DNA of 64,000 bases from an uncultured Actinomycetes bacterium (lineage in GTDB: Bacteria; Actinomycetota; Thermoleophilia; Gaiellales; Gaiellaceae): contig CAVXPS010000019.1 of assembly GCA_963763815.1 (NCBI GenBank), forward strand, positions 15,713 through 79,712. Reading direction: 5' to 3'. The translations under genes were made by a program, and so were the position numbers. Within the stretch, counting starts at the first letter, position 1. Each line of letters begins with the position of its first letter. Shown here piece by piece: positions 52,437 through 62,181 of this stretch. The notes below the pieces were generated by a model. It worked only from the letters and a program-made list of their open reading frames with translations, made no database searches and was not told the DNA's origin.

Positions 52437-52449
52437 AAGCGGAGCTTAT
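52435..52449. promoter_or_regulatory. LysR-type T-N11-A box
   Basis: ATAAGC-gga-GCTTAT is a perfect palindrome that abuts or overlaps the LysR ATG, in the 40-nt gap to the divergent DUF354 gene. Confidence 0.5.
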
Positions 52450-52476
52450 CCATGAGCAGCGCTGTAGGGTCAGGCC

Positions 52477-53502
52477 GTGCGCGTCTGGATCGACATCTCG
52501 AATTCCCCCCAGGTGCTGTTCTTCCGGCCCCTGATCGGGCTCCTGCGGGCCCGCGGGCACGAGGTGGACGTCACGACGCGCGACTTCGCGCAGACCGTCG
52601 AGCTGCTCGGGCTGCACGGCATCCCGCACGAGGTCGTCGGCCCCCCGCACGCCGGCGCGCAGGCGTGGAGCAAGGCGCGGACGATGGCGGGGAGGCTCCG
52701 TGCGCTCCGTCGCTGGGCGCGCCGCAAGCCGTTCGACATCGTGCTCTCGCATGCGTCCCACGAGCCGCAGCTCGTCGCGCGCTCCCTCGGCATTCCCTCG
52801 GCGTACGCGTTCGACTACGAGTTCGCGCGCGTCCAGCACTCGCTCGGATGCCGGGCGGCACGACGGGTCATCGTCCCCGACGCGATCCCGCAGGACCGCC
52901 TCGACCGGCTCGGCGCCCCGGCCCGAAAGGTGCAGCGGTACCCCGGCCTCAAGGAGGAGTACTACCTCGCCGACTTCGACGCCGACGAGCGGGTGCTCGA
53001 CGGCCTCGGCGTCGATCCGCGGCGAGTGCTGGCGGTCGTGCGCTCGCCGGCCGACGTCGCGCTCTACCACCGCCACGAGGACTCGGTTTTCGTCGGGACG
53101 TTGCGGCGGATCGGGTCCGACGACGGCGCCCAGGCGATCGTCCTGCCCAGGACGGAGGAGCAGCGCCGGGCGATCGCCTCGCTCGCGCTCCCCTCGGTGC
53201 ACGTCCCCGCGCACGCCGTCGACGCGCTGAGCCTCGTCGCGCTGGCCGATCTCGTCGTCTCCGGCGGAGGGACGATGGCTCGAGAGGCGGTCGCACTCGG
53301 CGTGCCCGCGTACACGACGTTCTCCGAGCAGCTCGGCGCCGTGGACGAGGGCCTCGCGGCCGCCGGGAAGCTCCACGTCCTCGCGTCGCCGAGCGCCGTG
53401 CTCCTCGAGAAGCGCCGGGCGAGGACGGAGCGCCCCGACCGCGACCCCGCTCTGCTCCTCGACCTGATGCTGACCGCGCTCGAGCGCCGCGGATCCGTAT
53501 AG
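52477..53502 (+). CDS. DUF354 domain protein (GT-B/epimerase-like fold)
   Basis: 341 aa (MRVWIDISNSPQVLFFRPLIGLLRARGHEVDVTTRDF..., VVSGGGTMAREAVALGVP) that resembles DUF354 as I recall it. Confidence 0.6.
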   Translation: MRVWIDISNSPQVLFFRPLIGLLRARGHEVDVTTRDFAQTVELLGLHGIPHEVVGPPHAGAQAWSKARTMAGRLRALRRWARRKPFDIVLSHASHEPQLVARSLGIPSAYAFDYEFARVQHSLGCRAARRVIVPDAIPQDRLDRLGAPARKVQRYPGLKEEYYLADFDADERVLDGLGVDPRRVLAVVRSPADVALYHRHEDSVFVGTLRRIGSDDGAQAIVLPRTEEQRRAIASLALPSVHVPAHAVDALSLVALADLVVSGGGTMAREAVALGVPAYTTFSEQLGAVDEGLAAAGKLHVLASPSAVLLEKRRARTERPDRDPALLLDLMLTALERRGSV

Positions 53503-53554
53503 CCGAATCGTCTCGATCTGGTTAAGGTCCCCCGCGGTCCGACAAGGAGGGGAG

Positions 53555-55240
53555 ATGAGAGGACGGACACGCGTGGCGCTGCTGACGCTCTCCCTGGCGG
53601 TAGTCGCCGCCGGGAGCGCCGGAGCGGCCGGCGATCCAGGCTTCAAGACGTCGCAGGCGGCGATGCTCATGCAGGGCGACCGCGGCGACGTCGAGTTCAC
53701 GCCGATCATCACGGTCGGCGAGACGCTGGCGGGCGGGTATCGGTTCGAGGCGATCCCCGACGGGATCTCGCTCATCCGCCGCACCCAGAACAAGGTGGAC
53801 GTGTACGTGAACCACGAGACCTCGCTGGTGGCGTTCCCGTACGTCGCCGCGGCACCGACGGCGGCCAACTCGCAGAACGACTTCGACAACTCGCAGCTGA
53901 GCCAGCTCAGCCTCGACCCCGACACGGGCGGCGTCATGCACGCGAGCATGGCGATCACGAGTGCGCAGAACTACCAGCGCTTCTGCTCGAACTACCTGGC
54001 GACCAGGGCCGAGGGCTTCAGCCGCCCGACGCTCTTCACGAACGAGGAGGCGCAGGACTGGGTCTTCCGCTCGGGGACCGCGTGGACGTCTCCGATCACG
54101 CCCGGCACGCCGGGCGCGGAGCAGGCAGGAGTCGTCGTCGCGCACGACGTGCCGAGCGGTCAGTCGCGGACGATCTACGGCATGGGCCGGCACAACCACG
54201 AGAACGACCTCGCGCTGCCCGGGTTCGACGGCGTCGCGGTGCTCTCGGGCGACGACACGTTCTCGACCACGCCTGCGTCGTCGCAGCTCTACCTGTACAC
54301 GGCGGCGGGCAGGAACGCCCTCTGGCACGACAAGGGGACGCTGCGCGCGTTCGTCGCGGACGATCCAGCGGAGAACGACTACTTCGACGTGCAGCCCGGC
54401 GAGACCATCACCGGTCGGTTCCTGGCCGTGCCGAAGACCATCGCGACGGGCAAGAAGGCGGACGGAACGGAGCTCCTGTCCACGGACTTCCCAGGGATGG
54501 CTGCGCCGCCCGCGACGATCCCGAACGGGCCCCAGTGGGTGCTCGACCAGTGGGGGAACGCGGCGAACAACGAGTACGGGAGGGACGTCTTCGACTTCAT
54601 CCGGATCGAGGACACCGCGTACGACAAGCGGCCCGGGATGTCGAATGTCGTCTATCTCGCCGACTCCGGCCGTGGCACGGCCGGGGCGGCGAACCCGCTC
54701 ACGACGTCGACCAACGGCCGCGTCTGGAGGCTCGAGCTCGATCCGAGCGATCCCCTGAAGGCGAAGCTCTCGATCCTCGTTCAGGGCGACGACAATCCGG
54801 TCAAGACGCTCGGCGAGATCCACCAGCCTGACAACGTCGAGACGACGGCCAACGGGAGCCTGCTCGTGCAGGAGGATCCGGGCTCGTCGCAGCAGTTCGC
54901 ACTCCCGACCTCGGATCCGAACGCGACGACCGCGCGCATCTGGCGCGTCCCGCTCGCGGGCGGCGCACCCGAGGTCGTCGCGAAGGTCGACCAGGCCGCG
55001 GACGAAGGCCCGACGGACGTCGACCCGAGTGGCCTCAGCAGCCTCGGCGCCTGGGAATCCAGCGGCGTCGTCGACGCCTCGGCGGTCTTTGGGCCCGGCT
55101 GGTTCCTCGTCGACGTGCAGGCGACGACGCTGTGGGTCGAGGCCGCGCCCGGCCCAGACATCGTGGCGCCGGCAGGCCCGGACTGGACGTTCAAGCGCTC
55201 GGGCGGTCAGCTCCTGCTGATGAAGATCCCCGGCGCCTGA
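53555..55240 (+). CDS. Secreted DUF839 / PhoX-like phosphatase family protein
   Basis: 561 aa with a signal peptide (LLTLSLAVVAAGSAGAAG). YVNHE, FCSNYLA, GMGRHNHEN, PDNVE and a beta-propeller-like repeat character are present. The family call is moderate. Confidence 0.62.
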   Translation: MRGRTRVALLTLSLAVVAAGSAGAAGDPGFKTSQAAMLMQGDRGDVEFTPIITVGETLAGGYRFEAIPDGISLIRRTQNKVDVYVNHETSLVAFPYVAAAPTAANSQNDFDNSQLSQLSLDPDTGGVMHASMAITSAQNYQRFCSNYLATRAEGFSRPTLFTNEEAQDWVFRSGTAWTSPITPGTPGAEQAGVVVAHDVPSGQSRTIYGMGRHNHENDLALPGFDGVAVLSGDDTFSTTPASSQLYLYTAAGRNALWHDKGTLRAFVADDPAENDYFDVQPGETITGRFLAVPKTIATGKKADGTELLSTDFPGMAAPPATIPNGPQWVLDQWGNAANNEYGRDVFDFIRIEDTAYDKRPGMSNVVYLADSGRGTAGAANPLTTSTNGRVWRLELDPSDPLKAKLSILVQGDDNPVKTLGEIHQPDNVETTANGSLLVQEDPGSSQQFALPTSDPNATTARIWRVPLAGGAPEVVAKVDQAADEGPTDVDPSGLSSLGAWESSGVVDASAVFGPGWFLVDVQATTLWVEAAPGPDIVAPAGPDWTFKRSGGQLLLMKIPGA

Positions 55241-55246
55241 GGTGAG

Positions 55247-57157
55247 CTAGACGGACCTGGATGCGGGCGTCGCCTCGGCGGCGCCCGCGCCGTCTTCGAG
55301 CGGCACGCCCGAGCGCCGCTCGGCGATGACGGCGTTCAGGCGTCCGACGAGCTCGAGGGTCTCGCCCTCCTCGACGAGCTGCGCGAGCCCGTCGAGCTCG
55401 GCATCGAGCCACGAGGCGTCCACCGCAGGCCGCGTGACGAGCAGGATCGCCTCGTGCGCCGACGGCGTGACGGTCTCGTCGTCCGACCACAGCTCCTCGT
55501 GGAGCTTCTCGCCCGGCCGTGCGCCGACGAACTCGATCTCGATGTCCCTCCCGGGCTCCTTGCCCGAGAGCCTGATCATCGTGTCCGCGAGGTCGACGAT
55601 GCGCACGGGATCGCCCATGTCGAGCACGTAGATCTGGCCGCGGCCGCCGATCGCACCGGCCTGGATGACGAGCTGCACGGCCTCGGGGATCGTCATGAAG
55701 TAGCGCGTCATCTCGGGATGGGTCACGGTGACCGGCCCGCCGCGCCCGATCTGCCTGCGGAAGGTCGGGATCACGCTGCCCGACGAGCCGAGGACATTCC
55801 CGAAGCGGACGCCGCAGAACTTCGTGGGCGTGTCCGAGCGGTGGCCCCACGCCTCCACGAGCCACTCGCAGAGCGCCTTCGTCTGCCCCATGACGTTCTT
55901 CGAGCTCACGGCCTTGTCCGTCGAGACGAGGACGAAGCGCTTCGCGCCGAACTCGACCGCAGCGTCGGCGACCGTTCGCGTGACGAGCGTGTTGTTGCGA
56001 ACGGCCTCGACCGGATTCGCCTCCACGAGCGGCACGTGCTTGTACGCGGCGGCATGGAACACGACCGCGGGCCGGTACTTCTCGAAGACCTGCCGAATCT
56101 TCGTCGCGTTCCCCGCATCCGCGAGGACGGCGGCGGTCGCGTGGAAGCTTCGCTCGTCCACGAGCTCGCGCTCGATCTCGAACAGGCCGCGCTCGCCGTT
56201 GTCCACGAGCACGAGGCGAGTCGGGCCGACGCGCGCAATCTGCCGGCAGAGCTCCGCGCCGATCGAGCCTCCGGCGCCGGTGACGAGCACGACCTCGCCG
56301 GTCAGATAGCCGGCGATCGAGTCGAGGTCGACCTCGACCGGCTCGCGGCCGAGGAGGTCCTCCACCTCCACGGGCCGGATCTGCCCCGTGAGGTTGAAGT
56401 CGGTGGAGATCATCTCCGCGAGGCCCGGGAGCGTCTTCACCGGGATGCGCTCCGCGCGGGCGATCTCGACGATGCGCTCGCGCTGCTCGCCCGAGGCCGA
56501 TGGAATCGCGATCAGGAGCTCGTCCGGCTTTCGGTCGCGCAGGATGTGCTGGAGCTCGTCGGTCGTGCCGAGGACGCGCACGCCGTGCAGGCGGAGGTTC
56601 TTCTTGCGCGGATCGTCGTCGACGAGGCCGATCGGCGTGTAGCCGAGCTCGGGCGTGCGGTGCATCTCCTTGAGGATCTGGTTCGAGGCTTCCCCGGCGC
56701 CGACGACGATGACCTCCTTGCCGCGGGCGACGACCGATCTGGCCGCGGGGCGCTCGAGGAGGCTGCGCGCGAGCAGGCGGGACCCGGACACGAAGGCGAG
56801 CAGGAGGAGCGCGTAGAGGATCCAGATCCCGCGCGGCACCCGCGCCGGATGGAAGTCGAGGAGCGTGAACACGAGGAACGTCGCCACGCCTGCACCTGCA
56901 ACGCCGCGCGCCGCGCCCCACATGTCCCGCGTCGAGACGTACCGCCACCAGCGGTTGTAGAAGCCGAACCCCACGAAGACCGGGATCGCGATCGCGACGA
57001 CGAGCAGCACGACGTCCCATTCGTGGTAGCGGCGGTAGTAGACGGGCCGGTCGAACCCGTCGAAGCGGATGAACCAGGCGAGGAGCCACGCGGATGCGAC
57101 GAGCGCGGCATCGACTCCGACCTGCCACAGGCGGTGGCGGTTGACGGGGCTTCTCAT
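55247..57157 (-). CDS. Membrane-bound nucleotide-sugar 4,6-dehydratase (CapD/WbpM/PglF family polysaccharide biosynthesis protein)
   Basis: 636 aa with 4 N-terminal TM segments, then VVGAGEA..., VLVTGAGGSIGAEL, HAAAYKHVP, STDKAV and VRFGNVLGSSGSV. Confidence 0.9.
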   Translation of the reverse strand: MRSPVNRHRLWQVGVDAALVASAWLLAWFIRFDGFDRPVYYRRYHEWDVVLLVVAIAIPVFVGFGFYNRWWRYVSTRDMWGAARGVAGAGVATFLVFTLLDFHPARVPRGIWILYALLLLAFVSGSRLLARSLLERPAARSVVARGKEVIVVGAGEASNQILKEMHRTPELGYTPIGLVDDDPRKKNLRLHGVRVLGTTDELQHILRDRKPDELLIAIPSASGEQRERIVEIARAERIPVKTLPGLAEMISTDFNLTGQIRPVEVEDLLGREPVEVDLDSIAGYLTGEVVLVTGAGGSIGAELCRQIARVGPTRLVLVDNGERGLFEIERELVDERSFHATAAVLADAGNATKIRQVFEKYRPAVVFHAAAYKHVPLVEANPVEAVRNNTLVTRTVADAAVEFGAKRFVLVSTDKAVSSKNVMGQTKALCEWLVEAWGHRSDTPTKFCGVRFGNVLGSSGSVIPTFRRQIGRGGPVTVTHPEMTRYFMTIPEAVQLVIQAGAIGGRGQIYVLDMGDPVRIVDLADTMIRLSGKEPGRDIEIEFVGARPGEKLHEELWSDDETVTPSAHEAILLVTRPAVDASWLDAELDGLAQLVEEGETLELVGRLNAVIAERRSGVPLEDGAGAAEATPASRSV

Positions 57158-57170
57158 GACGCCGCGCTTC

Positions 57171-58265
57171 TCACGACGCTGGGACCCGCGTCATAGCCAG
57201 CACGGTCTCGACGACCCGCTCCTGCTGCTCGGCGCTGATGCCCGCCCAGAGCGGGACGGAGAAGTTCTCCTTCGCGGCCCGCTCGGTCTCCGGGAAGTCG
57301 CCCTCCGAGTAGCCGAGATACCGCAGCGCCGGCTGGAGATGGAGCGGCGGCTCGTAGTAGTCGGCGCTCGCGATCCCGACCTCGCCGAGTGCTGCCCGGA
57401 TCTCGTCGCGGTGCGGCGAGCGGGAGACGAAGAGGTGGTAGACGTGGCCGGGCTCGTCCGCCGGCACGTCGCACGCCTCGCCGAGGCCGAGCTCGCGGTA
57501 GCGGCCGGCGGCCTCGCGACGAAGCGCCGTCCAGCCGTCGAGCTCGCGGAGGAAGATCCGCAGCGCGGCGGCCTGGATCTCGTCGAGACGCGAGTTCGTG
57601 CCGACGTACTCGAAGATGCGCTTCGACTTCGAGCCGTGGAAGCGCAGCAGGCGGACGCGCTCGGCCAGCTCCGGGTCGCTCGAGGCGACGAGACCGCCGT
57701 CGCCGAGCCCGAAGAGGTTCTTCGTCGGGTAGAAGCTGAAGGTCGAGGCGACGCCGGCACCCGCGATGTCGGGCGAGCCGAACGCCTGGGCGGCGTCCTC
57801 GATCAGCGGCAGCCCGAGCTTGGAGAGCTCGGCGAGAGGTGCCGGGCGCCCGAACAGGTGCACGGGCACGATCGCCTTCGTCCGAGGCGTGATCTTCTCG
57901 GCGACGCGGTCGGGATCGAGGTTCAACGTCTGCGGGTCGATGTCCGCGAAGACGGGGGTCGCGCCCACGCGGGCGATCGCCTCTGCCGTCGCGTAGAACG
58001 TGAAGGCGGGGCAGATGACCTCGGCGCCGGGGCCGATCTCGAGTGCGTTCAGCACGAGCACGATCGCGTCCGTCCCGTTGGCGACGCCGATCGTCTCGCG
58101 AACGCCGAGATAGCGCGCTGCCTCCTCCTCGAACGCGCTGACGTTCGGGCCGAACACGAACTGGCCGTTCTCGAGCACGTCGTCGATCGCCTGCCGGATC
58201 TGCGGGAGGAGGGGCGCGTACTGCGCCTTGACGTCGACGAGCGGGATCGGGGCGCGGGCGGTCAC
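57171..58265 (-). CDS. DegT/DnrJ/EryC1/StrS family sugar aminotransferase
   Basis: 364 aa with IPLVDVKAQY, ANGTDAIVL, VICPAFTFYATAEA, FSFYPTKNLG and HLFV. Confidence 0.9.
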   Translation of the reverse strand: MTARAPIPLVDVKAQYAPLLPQIRQAIDDVLENGQFVFGPNVSAFEEEAARYLGVRETIGVANGTDAIVLVLNALEIGPGAEVICPAFTFYATAEAIARVGATPVFADIDPQTLNLDPDRVAEKITPRTKAIVPVHLFGRPAPLAELSKLGLPLIEDAAQAFGSPDIAGAGVASTFSFYPTKNLFGLGDGGLVASSDPELAERVRLLRFHGSKSKRIFEYVGTNSRLDEIQAAALRIFLRELDGWTALRREAAGRYRELGLGEACDVPADEPGHVYHLFVSRSPHRDEIRAALGEVGIASADYYEPPLHLQPALRYLGYSEGDFPETERAAKENFSVPLWAGISAEQQERVVETVLAMTRVPAS

Positions 58266-58305
58266 CGTGGGCGAGTCTACCGAGAGCCTTCCGGGCTCAT
58301 TTTCG

Positions 58306-59010
58306 TCAGGGCAACGGGGTTTCCTGGGACGCGCGGCGCTTCCGCAGCCAGCGCCAGACGAGCCAGCCTGCGACCGCGACGACGATCCCGGCGATGAGGT
58401 AGTCGAGGTACCTGAAGGCGTGGTGGAAGTCCTCCCAGTTCTCGCCGGCGAGATAACCGGCGCCCGCGAACGCGAAGCACCAGATCGCCGAGCCCGCGAG
58501 TGTGAGCAGCGTGTAGCGGACGAACGGGGTCTCCATGACTCCCGCGGGAATGGAGACGAAAGAGCGCACGACGGGCGTCAGGCGGCCGAGGAAGACCGCC
58601 CAGTCCTCCCAGCGCTCGAACCAGCGCTCGGCGCGATCGAGCCTGTGCTTGTCGAGATGGAGCCAGCGCCCATGGCGCTCGAGATACGGCCGGCCGCCGT
58701 AGAGCCCGATCGCCCAGCCGATGATCGAGCCGATCGTGTACCCGATTGTTCCGGCGAGGGCGATCGCGAGGTACGCGGGGAGGCCCTCGTCGATCGTGGA
58801 GCCGAACAGAACGACGTCCTGGCCGACGAATGCGCCGGACGCAACCGCGCCTCCGTAGACCATCACGACCTCGCTCGCGGCCGGGAGAACCGCGTCCACG
58901 AGCATGAGGCCGAAGACGGCGTAGAGGCCGTAGTCGCCGATCGCCGACGTCACCGTGTCGGTGATCTCGCTCAGGACGGACGCGAGGACGACCATGGCGG
59001 CTGACGGCAT
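58306..59010 (-). CDS. DedA family membrane protein
   Basis: 234 aa with VLPAASEVVMVYGG, GRLTPVVRSFVSIPAG and typical DedA re-entrant motifs. Confidence 0.87.
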   Translation of the reverse strand: MPSAAMVVLASVLSEITDTVTSAIGDYGLYAVFGLMLVDAVLPAASEVVMVYGGAVASGAFVGQDVVLFGSTIDEGLPAYLAIALAGTIGYTIGSIIGWAIGLYGGRPYLERHGRWLHLDKHRLDRAERWFERWEDWAVFLGRLTPVVRSFVSIPAGVMETPFVRYTLLTLAGSAIWCFAFAGAGYLAGENWEDFHHAFRYLDYLIAGIVVAVAGWLVWRWLRKRRASQETPLP

Positions 59011-59072
59011 CGCGGGAGTCTAGAGAGGGATGGCGGCTGCGCTCGGCTACTGCGCAGGCGACATGTCCGGCG

Positions 59073-60858
59073 CTACCGCGCGCCGGCGACGCGGCGTACG
59101 CGCAGCGGCTGGTCGAGCGAGACGGGCCCGACCTCGTTTCGCGCCGCGACGCGAATCCGGTACGTGCCGCCGAACACCTGGCGTCCCCGCGCCGTGAGCC
59201 CGTTCCAGGCTACGGACGCCTGCCCGGGCTCGAAGCGGCGTTTGACGACCGTTCGCACCGGGATCCCGCTCATCGTCTCCACGGTCACCGTCACCTGCGC
59301 GGCACGCGTCTGCGTCCACGCGATCGTCGCGCTCCGGCCGCGCGGCGGGACGAGCAGCGTCCGCGGCTGCACCTTCAGGAACCCGAGCGTCGAGTTGACC
59401 CAGAAGCGACGCGACCGTGGACGAGGTGAGCCCCTCGTCGTCCGTGGCGGTGACCTGCATCGTCCAGCGCCCCTCGGCGGCAGGCTGGGGCTCGGCGGGC
59501 GGCGGGGGCGGCTGGCCTTCGGGTGGCGGAGGAGGCGCCGGGGGCAGCGGCGGGAAAGGCACCTCGTAGGTCCCTGGCTCGCGTGCGAGCGTCTCCTGGA
59601 AAGCGACGACGCTCCCGGGCGCCGTGAGCGTCACGGTCACGTCCGACGGCCGGACGATCTTGAACCCGAGCGCCTGCTCCTCCGCAACTCCGTCGCCGTT
59701 CGGCGACTGGACGGTCTCGGCGGGCGGCGGCGCGTAGACGCCCGAGTAGGAGAGCATCAGCGCGCTCGAGATCGGCCGCTCGCGCCCGTCCGACGGCCGG
59801 TTGAACACCGTTCCCTCGAACGCGATCGTCGTCGAGCCGCCGCCGTCGAGCGCCATCGCGCTCGCGGCGCCCAGCCGTGACATCGCCTGCGCCAGCTCGA
59901 AGTTCGTCATGCCGACCGAGTACCCGGGCTGGCGGCCGTCGACCGCGAGCATGATGATGCGTCCGTCCGCGGTCTGGCCGACGGCCGAGCGCGGATGCCG
60001 CGGGCCGAGCTGCTGCGTCGTGAACGCCTCGTTCGCGCGGAACACGGGCGCGCCGTCACGGACGAGCACCGGCCCGCCGCCGATCGCATCCGCGACCGTC
60101 TCCCACCCGGGCTGGAGGATGAGGCGAATCGCCACGGTGGTGCCGAGCGGCGCCTCGACCGACAGCTTCTGGGCGGCCGTCCCACGCGCGACCAGAACCG
60201 CGGTGCCAGGGGCGATCGGCACCGTCGGGCTCTGTCGCGAGTCCACGACCTGTCCGAACAGGTCGGCATTCGGGGTCGCCGGGTCGAACGGGCTCAGGAT
60301 CACCGAGAGCGCACCCTGCACTCGCGGCGTCGCCGACCCCCAATCCGAGGTGAAGAGGGCGATCCCGTTCGTCCCGGGGGCCTGGTTGTACGCGTTGACC
60401 GCGCGGCGCTGCCCGAGCCCGCGCCAGGTGCCGAAGAGCCGCACCTTCCGGATGTCGAGGAGCCCGTCGAGCGTGATGCCGGCGCTCGAGCGGCCCTCGT
60501 TGGGATCGCTGACGAGGACGCCGTCGCGCATGAAGATGCCGCTCGGCCCGCCTTTCTTCGACGCATAGAAGTCGGCGTTGATGCCGACCGACGTGGCCTG
60601 GGTCGTGAGCCGGCGCTGCATCGAGCTCACCGTCTCCCGCCCGACCACCTTCTCGTTGGAGAGCACCGGCCGCAGCTTGAAGAGCCCGTTCGGGCGCGGT
60701 CCGCGGACGACGTGCATCGCAACCGGCCCGTGCGGCGTGAACTGCACGGTGGGCTCGTAGGTCACCCCGGGCAGGAGCTGCGTCGTCGCTGCCGTAGCCG
60801 GCCCGGCGACCGCGAGAGCCAGCCCGGCGAGGCCGAGTGCGAGAGCGAGGCGAAGCAC
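59073..60858 (-). pseudogene. Secreted phosphodiester glycosidase (NAGPA/DUF2233) domain protein with a C-terminal FlgD-Ig-like domain, one frameshift near 59401-59416
   Basis: A signal peptide is followed by INADFY, GRSSAG, AIGGGPVLVRDG, PRSAVGQTADGRIIMLAVDGRQ and MALDGGGSTT (the NAGPA domain), then a Pro-rich linker, in frame up to ...TSSTVAS. The Ig-like end (FWVNSTLGFLKVQPRTLLVPP...TYRIRVAARN) continues in track ORF 59073..59372. Confidence 0.75.
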
Positions 60859-60934
60859 GGCTGGTCGAGGGTACCCGGACCAGAACCGGCCATTTGCAGG
60901 TTCTTACACGTTACGAACACGGACTGAGCGCCCC

Positions 60935-62143
60935 GTGGCATCCTCCCCGGCGATGAGGGCGGGCCTGGTCGCGATCGTGGCAGCAGCCTGCCTTGCGAGC
61001 GGGTGCTCGGGTTCGTCGGAACCGGAGGCAGGGAGCGGGCAGGCGGACACGACATCGACCGCCGCGAAGCCGGAACAGATCGCCCGCGGGACGGAGCAGG
61101 TCACGCCCTTGCGCACGGCGCCGCGTACCGAGACCCTGCCGCGGTTCAGGGCGAGCCGCATCACCGGCGCGAACTACCCGGCGGGCCTCGCGGCCGCTCC
61201 GGACGGCCGGATCTTCTACTCCGAGCTCTGGGGCGGGGACATCCGGGTGATCCGGCGGGACGGATCGGTCGACCCGACGCCGTGGGCGGAGGTGAACGCC
61301 GAATACGGGATCCGCTGGACGCGCTTCTACCACGGCGGGCTCTCCGGGATCGCTTTCGATCCGGACTTCGCCCGCAACCGTTTCGTCTACGTCGTGACGC
61401 AGATCCCCCACAAGCGGACCGGCCTTCCCTCGCGGTCGCTCATCGTCCGCTACAAGGAGGTGAACGGTCGGGGAACCTCGCCGCGGGTGCTGTTCACGAT
61501 TCCCGCCTCGATCTTCGACAACGTCTACAGCCTCGTCTTCGGCCCCGACGGGATGCTCTACGTGCCGTCGGGCTTCCTCGGCCGCAGCCTGCCGCCCGGG
61601 ACGGACGAGCTCGACGGCCTGCGGGGGAAGATCCTTCGCGTGACGCGCGACGGGAAGGCGCCCGGCGACAACCCTTACGGCGGCCGCGCGCCGCGCGCCT
61701 GGGCGACGGGATTCAAGAACGCGTTCGACCTCGCGTTCTTCCCGGGCAGCCGCAACGCCGTCGCCGGCGAGAGCGGGCCCGAGGCGCACGACGAGATCAA
61801 CCTCGTCATGCCCGGCCACCACTACGGCTACCCGGAGCACCAGGGCGCGGCACGGGCGCGCGGCGTGACGCCACCGCTTTACGACTACGGGGACGATCGC
61901 ACCTCCCCGGTCGGGATCGTCTACTACTCGGGGAACCGTCACCCCTCGCTCCGCGGCCGGTTCCTCATGTGCGAGAACCACGGGCGCGGGATGCTCGCGC
62001 TCCGTATAGATCCCTCGCGCCCGGGCCGTCTGCGGAACCTCACACCGGTCGTCCCGGAGTGCACGATCGACGTCATCCAGACACCCGACGGCTCGATCGT
62101 GTTCAGCGACTCTGGCGCGATCTACAGGCTCGTGCAGGCGTAG
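60935..62143 (+). CDS. PQQ-dependent sugar dehydrogenase (glucose/sorbosone dehydrogenase family) lipoprotein
   Basis: A lipobox (ACLASGCS) is followed by GLAAAPDGRIFYSE, HHGG, GKILRV, GFKNAFDL, HDEIN and HYGYPE. The true start is probably ATG 60953 (MRAGLV). Confidence 0.83.
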   Translation: MASSPAMRAGLVAIVAAACLASGCSGSSEPEAGSGQADTTSTAAKPEQIARGTEQVTPLRTAPRTETLPRFRASRITGANYPAGLAAAPDGRIFYSELWGGDIRVIRRDGSVDPTPWAEVNAEYGIRWTRFYHGGLSGIAFDPDFARNRFVYVVTQIPHKRTGLPSRSLIVRYKEVNGRGTSPRVLFTIPASIFDNVYSLVFGPDGMLYVPSGFLGRSLPPGTDELDGLRGKILRVTRDGKAPGDNPYGGRAPRAWATGFKNAFDLAFFPGSRNAVAGESGPEAHDEINLVMPGHHYGYPEHQGAARARGVTPPLYDYGDDRTSPVGIVYYSGNRHPSLRGRFLMCENHGRGMLALRIDPSRPGRLRNLTPVVPECTIDVIQTPDGSIVFSDSGAIYRLVQA

Positions 62144-62181
62144 TCGTCGCGTGACGGACGAGATGAGGTAAGGCCGCGCGC

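Noticed and set aside
50584-53958. 1124-aa minus-strand ORF
   Set aside because: Only the last 319 aa (the Fe-ADH) are real. The rest runs antisense or out of frame through LysR, DUF354 and the PhoX-like gene.
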